From positions 26,334 through 90,333 of the forward strand of contig DF237321.1 of assembly GCA_000708835.1 (NCBI GenBank): 64,000 bases of DNA, given 5' to 3'. The notes beneath the pieces are model-generated. The model searched no databases, was not told the origin of the DNA, and worked only from the letters and a program-made list of their open reading frames with translations. Origin of the DNA: Klebsormidium nitens (taxonomy: Eukaryota > Plantae > Klebsormidiophyceae). Below, one piece after another: positions 56,639-64,000 of this stretch. The translations under genes and the position numbers were made by a program. Numbering within the stretch: the first letter of the stretch is position 1; each line of letters begins with the position of its first letter.

Positions 56639-59600
56639 ATGGAGCATCAGGCCGCCCTCGAATCCCTCCTCGAAGTCTACGAGGCCCTACGCAAGGCCGT
56701 TCGTGCGCAACTAGACGGGACCGGCTCTCACGCGGTGCACCGCGGCCGGGCGGATCTCCAGGCCCGTGCCATCCGCGAAGCTCTACAAGTTCTCGCGGCG
56801 GAAACGAGCGCTCTCGAGGGGGGGCCGCAGGACGGGGGCAGAACGCCCCCCCCTGGCGAGAAGGAAACGAAACTGTTGCAGGGGCACGTGCAGGTTTTCC
56901 AGGCGCTGTGGGAACACATTTCGGGGGAGCTGGTCCTGTGTCTCGGCCAGGCGGATCTGCCGGAAGTCGCGGGGTTGCTGCAGTGCGCGCAGGAGAGCCA
57001 CTCCGACTTTCTGAAGAGAGTCAGCTGGCCGGCCGCGGTTCCCGCGACCCCGCCCCCCCAGAACGATTTGCGCGAAAGCGCGGGGAAGGAGCAGATACAG
57101 GTCCTCGTGTTGGAGAACCAGAGGTTGCAGAGGACGATCCAAGAGCTTGCGGGGTGGGGGAACCCTGGGCCACTGGAAAAGCCCCCTCCGCTAGTTATCC
57201 CCCCCACCCCAGCAACTCCGGGGGGCAGCGTTGACCCGGGGTCGTTCTCGCCCTCGCCCCAGAACCCCAACCCCCGGAAAAGCGAAGCGCTCGCCGCGCC
57301 GCTGCTTTTGCAGAGGCCCCGCGCGCGCACCGAGGACATGACTCTGCTTCAGGGGGATAGCGGGGTGCCGAAGAGGCCTTCGCCCAAGGCGTTTCTACCC
57401 CCCGGGAACGGAGTCGAACGAGCGCCCGCCGATCAAGATAGGGCGGGCGCAAGCGGTAGAGAAGCCTCGGAAGGCCTGCACAGGGCCCGCACGCTCGGCG
57501 CTGACGTCAGCGACAAGCACGCCGACGTCAGCAACCGCCTGCAACGGAGCGCGTCCACGCGGGTCACACCCAATGCTGACGTCAGCGGGGCGGGGGGAGG
57601 GGGGGAGGCACGTGCCTCCAAGGCCGGGAGGAAATCGGCGACTGCCGCCGCTTTGCGAGCGAGCGCGGAGCAAATGTTGGGATCGTTCCGGAGGATGTTG
57701 CACACGTCGGGGGGGGCGGGGGGCGGTTCGGACCTTCCGGGGGGGGAGGTAGTGGAAGCGGCGAAGACAAAAGCGCTGGGTTCGATTATGCGAGGAAACT
57801 CGTGGTTCGGCAAGGAGGGCAACGGGCGGCTGAAATCGAGACAAGACGGCGCGATCGGACGGACGAGATCGAACACGGTGGCGGGGTACAAAACGTCGCC
57901 CCGAAGGACACCTTCCGGACGGATAACGCCACGGACGACCCCCCCAGAACAAGCACAGCACCCGACGTTTTCTCTGTCAAGGGGGGTTGCGCGGCAGTCA
58001 ATGTCAAGCCCTGTCCCACCCCCCGAGACAGCGAATCCTGCCGCCAGTCCGCGGTTTGACTTCTCCCCCCCACTCAGTCCGAGCCAAGCAGACATTCCTG
58101 ACGGCTGGGAACGCTTCGCCGAGGTGTCGATCCCTTCCACCCCACGAGGGGAAGTGGGGATCTGGAGTATCGCGCCAACCCCCACCGCTGCGAGGGCGGC
58201 GCTTATCGCCGCAACGGGGGGCTCCGCGGCCCTGCTAGAAAGGGGGGGGGGCGCCAATCTGCCGCTTGGGGAACAGCCCACCAACGTTTCTCCGGGGGGA
58301 AAGGTCGCGGTTCTCATTCCGGGCCCTTTTCGGTCGGAAAAGCCGTTGCAAAACTTCCCCTCCGAAAGTGCACGGGAGGACGCTCCGGGGGGAGCCGAGC
58401 AGAGCGAGCCACAGCCCGGATTTACCCCCCCTGGACCCGGTTTTTCGTCATCCGGAAACGGCTTCACCCCCCCAGGACAGGGGTCGACGATCGGCATGAT
58501 CAGCGAACCACCAGTCCAATGGGAAATGCAAGACGCGGCTGAACACGATCTGAGAAACATTCCAGAGACAGAAAATGACGAGGCGGCGAATCTGGGGGAG
58601 GGGAGTGCTGAGCCCGCGGCCATCGACAGCGAGTACTTCTCTCATCCCGAAGATGACGTCAGCGCCGCAAACGGAGGCGAGCACGATAATTCAGAGACGG
58701 GGGTCTCCCCCTGCTCCGAAAGAATCCTAGCGCTGCGAGACCGGTTGTTAGGCGACCAGGAAAGCCTTCCAAAGCTCAGCCAGTCGCCGCAGAACCGGCT
58801 CAGCGGCCGCGGCTCGTCCTCAGAGCGACACGTGTCCTCCGACGAGCGCGAGAACAAGGACCCGTTTGAAGGAAGCAGCCAGCGGATGGCGAAAAATGGG
58901 GGGGCGCTGGAGAGGGGAAGAAGTGCCCCCCAGCAAAAGCTGGCTCCAGGGGGCGGGTTCATGAGGCGGATGTCGCTCAAGGAGCTGAAGGTTCTGATCG
59001 AAGAAGTGTACGCTTCCAAGGTGGGCTATCCATCTTTGCTGGCTGTCTGAGAGGTAGCGCTTTCTCTTCGTCTCTCGTCTGTTCTCTTTCCTTGTCAAGT
59101 CTGCTGTGAGAACGCTGGTCGCACAGTAAGTCTAACCACACTATGTCCAGATGAACATTCGCTTTGTCAGGTGTCATTCGGAACGCGCTATCCGTGGGAA
59201 CTCGGGAACATTGACTCAAGGTCAACGGCTTCGGAGTACAAAAGCAGCCGACTTCGGAGTAGAAAAGCAGCCGCTAATGAAGTACTGATTGTTGGAGCTA
59301 GTCAATTACTGCTAAAAAATTTACTTTGAGTGAATTATTACATTGATGGTCAGAGAAACTCATCAGGAAGTGCCTCCTTGATAGTGAAGCCCGCATCGTG
59401 GTCCGTCGCGTGCGGCCTGCCAAAGAAATGGAGTGGGGCCCGGAATGCTCTCAAAAGCTAGAACGTAGGGTTCGCGCGACCTTTCTCGCCTCTTCAAACG
59501 CCCGTACAAAAGGTTACAAAGCCTCACTGAAAGGCGTCCCGAGTTGTTACCAGGAGAAACGCGACACGTAGTGCCTCGCTTGCGGTCTGCCCAAACACAG

Positions 59601-62600
59601 CCCCATCTTAGAACAGCTGAAGGCCCTAAGCAGGTCAACACTCTTGTCACAGATTTCGAAAAGCTCCCGAGAGATTCACCAGATGCAATATGCCGGTCCA
59701 GATGAAGCCCGACGCGCGGTGCCTGGTGTGCGAAGACCAAGGAGCCTCCAAAACGAGCATCCGGAAACGGCTCAAGGAAACAGCTGAAACGAGTTCATGT
59801 AGTTTAGACCAGAACACATGCAATGACGTGAGATGAAAAACTCTGGAAAAGCTCTTAAAATCAAGATTCGTGCTTCCAGGAGAAGCGCGACGCGCGGTGC
59901 ATAGCGTGCGGGCTGCCCAAGGGGGTGCTGGAGGCGCATATAGAACCTTCCAAGAAACCGTCCGCCCAAACCATAGCATATCTCGCAACTTTGAGAGTGC
60001 TAGAAAAGACGCTGGATCTACCTATCGATATCTAAACGGCAAGGTGACGTTATAGAATAATCATTTATAAATCCTTTTTATAGGAGAAGCGCGACGCGCG
60101 GTGCCTGGCGGGCGGGCTGCCCAAGGAGACGCTGGAGCAACAAGTCTGAGGAGAACTCTTAGAACAACTATGAGAGGCGTGTGTACGAAATGTTCTCCCA
60201 GGAAAGCAAATTGTGTGAAAAGAAAGCTGTTCCCTTGTTCTCCAGGAGAAGCGCGACGCGCGGTGCCTCGCTTGTGGCCTACCCAAGGAGACGCTGGAGC
60301 AGCACCTGCTGAGCTTCCTCACGCAGAAGTTCGGCCTGCGCGCGCTCATCGCGGAGTGGCTCGCGGCCGCACTGACCGCGGTCGCGGCGTTCAGCCCCGC
60401 CGACGCGCAGGTGGACGTCTTCGGGAAGATCCTGCTGAACGAGCTGGACGAAGCGGCCAGGTACGTGGATTGTTGCGAAAGGGCCACGTGGAGCGTATTT
60501 AGTTCGTTCTTGAACCTGTCTTCCCTAATCTAGTCTCTTACGGTATACATTCTGCTGGACGAGCTGGACGAGGCCGCTAAACACGTGGACGGCCGATGGA
60601 AGTGCCACTTGAAGCACAATGGATTCCTTCTTGTACTTTCATTCCTCTAGTGTCGCTTTCGCGAAAATACTGTGAAAGTTCTGGGTGATCCCGCGAGGTT
60701 CGAGGGCGTTCAAAATCTGCCAAGTGCAGCAGCTCCTGATCTCGCTTAAGTGACGTGTCCGTGTACTTGGCGGCCTCGTCTAGTTCGTTCACTGCCACTT
60801 GGAGCGTTTGGCGTTCTTTCTCAGGTTTTAACTTTTATGTCTAAAATTGTAATTGGTTGGATGAGGCATGCGGACACATGCGGACGTTCGGCAAAAGTGC
60901 CACGGGAATGAAAATGAAAATCAGTATCTAAAGCACTGCTTGAGAGGTCTTTTGTCGAACTCTATGATTGGAGCCTTCTGACTCAAATGTTTCTCGAATC
61001 CTCGGAACATGATGCAGATTGTTACGTACAATAACAAGTGTTGAAGTTCATCTATTTGAAGCCGTCTTTCCCTGCTTTCCGCTTCGACAGTAGAAGAAGT
61101 AGACCGGAATTCAACGTGACATCCACGTTGTTGCAGTCTGTCGTACGAGCACCTGCGCAAAAGCCTGGAGCACGCGGTCGCGGAGCAGATGCGCGCCAAG
61201 CATCCGGTGAGCCGCTCCTTGCGCCGGAATGGAACTCGAGCGGAATCCTCATGAGACAGACCCCAGCAATGAGGCGCAGCCCAAATGGGCAATGTGGTTT
61301 TGCTCGCGTGCTCGCTGAAACTGCGAAGCAGCGCTTTTGATGTCGCTCCAGCTTTTTCATCAACATTCCGTACCTTCGTCAGCGCGCGCTCTCACGTGGG
61401 CCGCATCACCTTGGACACGTGTCAGGTCCTCGTCACCCTGTGCGTAGCCACCTTCAGATCTGATTGGTTGATGACCCCAACACGCGGGAGGATGACAAGC
61501 AGCAGAAAGGAAAAAAATCAAGGAATAGAGCAAATCGAAAATTTTAACTGCGCCAAAATCTCGAACTGATTGACTTATTTCTGGTCGTCGTTTCGATGTC
61601 TCAGTACGCCCCGGTCGACGACATCGCGGCAATTGTGAACGCGGCGATGCGCGGCGCGGTCGGGATGCAAGACGCGGCCGCGCTCGCGCACGCGCTGTTT
61701 GCGTCGCCCGACAGCGACGTTATCATCCGGAAGGTGCGCGGGACAGTGTCCTGAGAATACTAAATGTGGGAATTTCAGCGCCCCGGAATGTGTCGGAAAA
61801 ATTAGTGCGTCGCGCGGGCCGATACTTGTTAGCTCTATTAAATAGACAACGACTTCCCGAGGTCTCTTGCTGGGTTGTCTGTAAGAGACATGAGATGACG
61901 TTTTTATTAATCCTCTGTTGTGTTCATGTTAACAACGTTCCTTTTGCAGGTACTGTCTGAAATTTGATGCCGCCGTCTTTGTTCATGATCAATTGCTGAG
62001 TAAACAGTGCCTCAAATCTTCAAAAACTTGCGATCGGCCTTTTCGTACGACACTCTCGTGCAACAGCAATTGAGCTCCATTTTTCTTCCGCAGTCCCAAT
62101 CAATTCGCTGTGGGTTGCTTCCGACCCTTTTTGCCTGGCTCGTGCTCCAACTCAAAAGGTCATGGCCTTTTTTCTGAACAGATTGAAGAACACTGTCAAG
62201 AGACAGCCCGGCGGTTCGCCCCGGTTGCGAAAGGCCCCGCTTCGTCCTCTCGGGTTACGCGGAGGCGGTCGTACGCCCGGATCCGAAGCGCGCCGTCCAA
62301 AGTCGCGATAAGTGACCTGCTCCAGGTGAGACGAGCCTTTTAAACGGTTCCTTCGACAGATCTTGCGAGCCGTCAAGCTTTCGTTAGCTCACTCGATGAG
62401 AAACGGCCACATACGTGGTCGTCGAACTCAGGCGTACGTTTCTTTGTTACATTGTGGAGTCAGAGCGGGACCCACTTTGTACTCTAGAGGTACGGAAGGG
62501 TCCTAAGAACCGGTAGCGATAGAATCAGGGGAGAGCTTAACCGGGCTGATCGTGTTTGTCTCAGATCATAGCCGTTGCGCTGAAAGTTGCTTGAACGGCT

Positions 62601-62977
62601 CGTTATGTCAAAGTTTTCAAACCAGATTTGTGGTTGTGCGATCAAACCATCTTTAGTAAATACTTAGACGTCGGCAACTTTGACCTTTCTCCCAGATTCT
62701 TCTCCGCTACCATTCGGACGTCCGGTGGCTCGCCCTCCGTCCGCTCGTCCGCGCGTTCCCGTCGTACAGCGGCGGCGGCCCCGCCCTATGTTCGGACGCC
62801 GATCTTGTCGCCCTTTTTGGTTTGTTTCACCCGGACCTAACGGAAGCGGACGTCCGGAGGCTGCTCCGCTGGGCGCAAGAAGTGTCCGGAGAGGGCCCGG
62901 TGACATTCTCGGACACTGTGGTGCTGCTCACGAAAGCGGCTGGGGAGTTTGGGATGGAGCAGAGAGCGAGCAGCTAA
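56639..62977 (+). CDS. TSNAXIP1-like / uncharacterised flagellate-type protein: N-terminal helical domain, long disordered linker, conserved C-terminal domain with EF-hand-like end
   Basis: Exons 56639-59020, 60246-60460, 61137-61206, 61605-61733, 62182-62325, 62696-62977 join in frame. C-terminal LKELKVLIEEVYASKEKRDARC...PKETLEQHLLSFLTQKFGLRALIAEW...DVFGKILLNELDE and final GPVTFSDTVVLL resemble from memory TSNAXIP1-like proteins of ciliated eukaryotes. The gene model is well supported; the family name and start are tentative. Confidence 0.65.
59390..60305 (+). repeat. Five graded copies of acceptor+exon start upstream of exon 60246
   Basis: AG|GAGAAGCGCGACGCGCGGTGC..GG.CT.CCCAAG-like units at ~59392, 59554, 59702, 59880 and 60084, spaced 148-204 bp; true exon at 60246. 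Confidence 0.9.
60549..60796. repeat. One direct (60549-60589) and one inverted (60754-60796) copy of the 3' end of exon 60246-60460
   Basis: Direct copy ATTCTGCTGGACGAGCTGGACGAGGCCGCTAAACACGTGGA; inverted copy reads GTGAACGAACTAGACGAGGCCGCCAAGTACACGGAC on the minus strand; true exon end is ATCCTGCTGAACGAGCTGGACGAAGCGGCCAG|GTACGTGGA. Confidence 0.8.
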
Positions 62978-64000
62978 CTATGGCACAAGAACGGGTGGCG
63001 AAACCAGTGAAGTCACGGGAGTGCACTCCTAGCTTCACGAAGTAATGTCAAGTAGATCGAGGTCGAGGTAATTATATTCTTATCAAATGCATGCGCCGAA
63101 TGTTTCATATTAGCGTCCCTATCTATACTATCACAAACTTTACGATGGTACGCGCGTAGCGCATGGACCCTCCCATCTTGTTGGAGACTGCAAGTACATG
63201 ACAGTGTGCGCGGCCGGTCAGCTTCGAGTCAGTTGAGTGTCGCCCGCGGCCGCCTACATGCTGCGCTCAGCTCCAGTGGCTAGGAACACATATGCACACA
63301 CACAAATACTGCATGCAATATTTGTGTGCAACTATATTGAAACCATGTCTTGCAGTATAAGCTAGGAGATGGAGGACGGCTTAGTCCAGCTAGCTTACGC
63401 TGATTAGACCATGACATGCTAATGTACGAGCTAGTGACACTCGCACAATTGCTTGCCACCCAGTCTTACAGCCCATGCCGGGTTACTCCTTGACTCACTT
63501 AAAACATGAACCTCACCACTGTAAGGCAACCATGGGTATGAGTCTCGTAGTCACAAGGACCTCAATTCGAAAACGGTCAGGGTGAATTGTACGGCGGGCT
63601 TTCATTGACCAGCCCTTGCCGCAAAAGTCATGTTGACCGGATGTCCTATGCCAAAATAAGAAAATGTTTCTGACTCATCCGTTGCATGATGCTCTAACGG
63701 ATCACCTCGGGTTCTTCTACATGTTCCAAATCGGTCTGCCTTAGCCCTTAAGCGCGTTTTACCATTACAAGCGAACGGGCTGTCGCCCAAAGGAAAGTGC
63801 TTCCGCCAATCTCGATCTATTTTTCAGACGGAGTGATGTGTTGATCTGTGGGCATTACCCGCTTGGCATCCACTGTTTTGCTTCTCCAGAAAGTCATTTA
63901 CAAAATTGCATCTTCTTCAGGTATGGCCTTATATACATACATATTGGCAATTGGGTCGGATGGGGGAAACTCTTAATTACTGATCTGTTATATTCTCTTC

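Noticed and set aside
56728-59019. Long minus-strand ORFs such as 57433-58623 (396 aa)
   Set aside because: Antisense shadows of a GC-rich, low-complexity coding exon.
59228-59271. Two-copy 22-bp tandem repeat CTTCGGAGTA(C/G)AAAAGCAGCCG
   Set aside because: Ordinary short intronic duplication, unrelated to exon sequence.
61951-61968. Possible short terminal exon VLSEI* for the TSNAXIP1-like gene
   Set aside because: Downstream exons 62182-62325 and 62696-62977 continue the conserved domain in frame; alternative use cannot be judged without RNA data.

Overview
Intron-rich eukaryotic nuclear DNA from a plastid-bearing, flagellate-stage green lineage. The style fits a streptophyte alga such as Klebsormidium; this is inference, not verified. 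Exons were assembled by hand from GT/GC-AG signals and reading frame. Genes, left to right: Tctex-1 dynein light chain (-, runs off the left edge); plastid KASII/FabF (+); a highly divergent condensin CAP-D2/Cnd1-like HEAT protein (+); PTH2 (-); a YqaJ-like exonuclease with a ~740-aa disordered insert (+); a small Cys/His-rich coiled-coil U-box gene with an apparent frameshift (-); golgin CASP (+); plastid rpl17 (-); U2AF35 (+); a compact DEG/ENaC-like two-TM protein (-); and a TSNAXIP1-like protein (+). There is also a ~0.8 kb poly(A)-tailed retroposon with a 14-bp TSD and a TIR element. The main signal is a recurrent set of intronic 'exon echoes': partial copies of splice junction plus exon edge beside real exons in three genes. 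Several differ from the true exon mainly at synonymous positions (10 synonymous:1 non-synonymous in the best case), including one inverted copy. U2AF35 has a full duplicated exon pair separated by only 41 nt (probably mutually exclusive). No rRNA, tRNA or CRISPR array was recognised.
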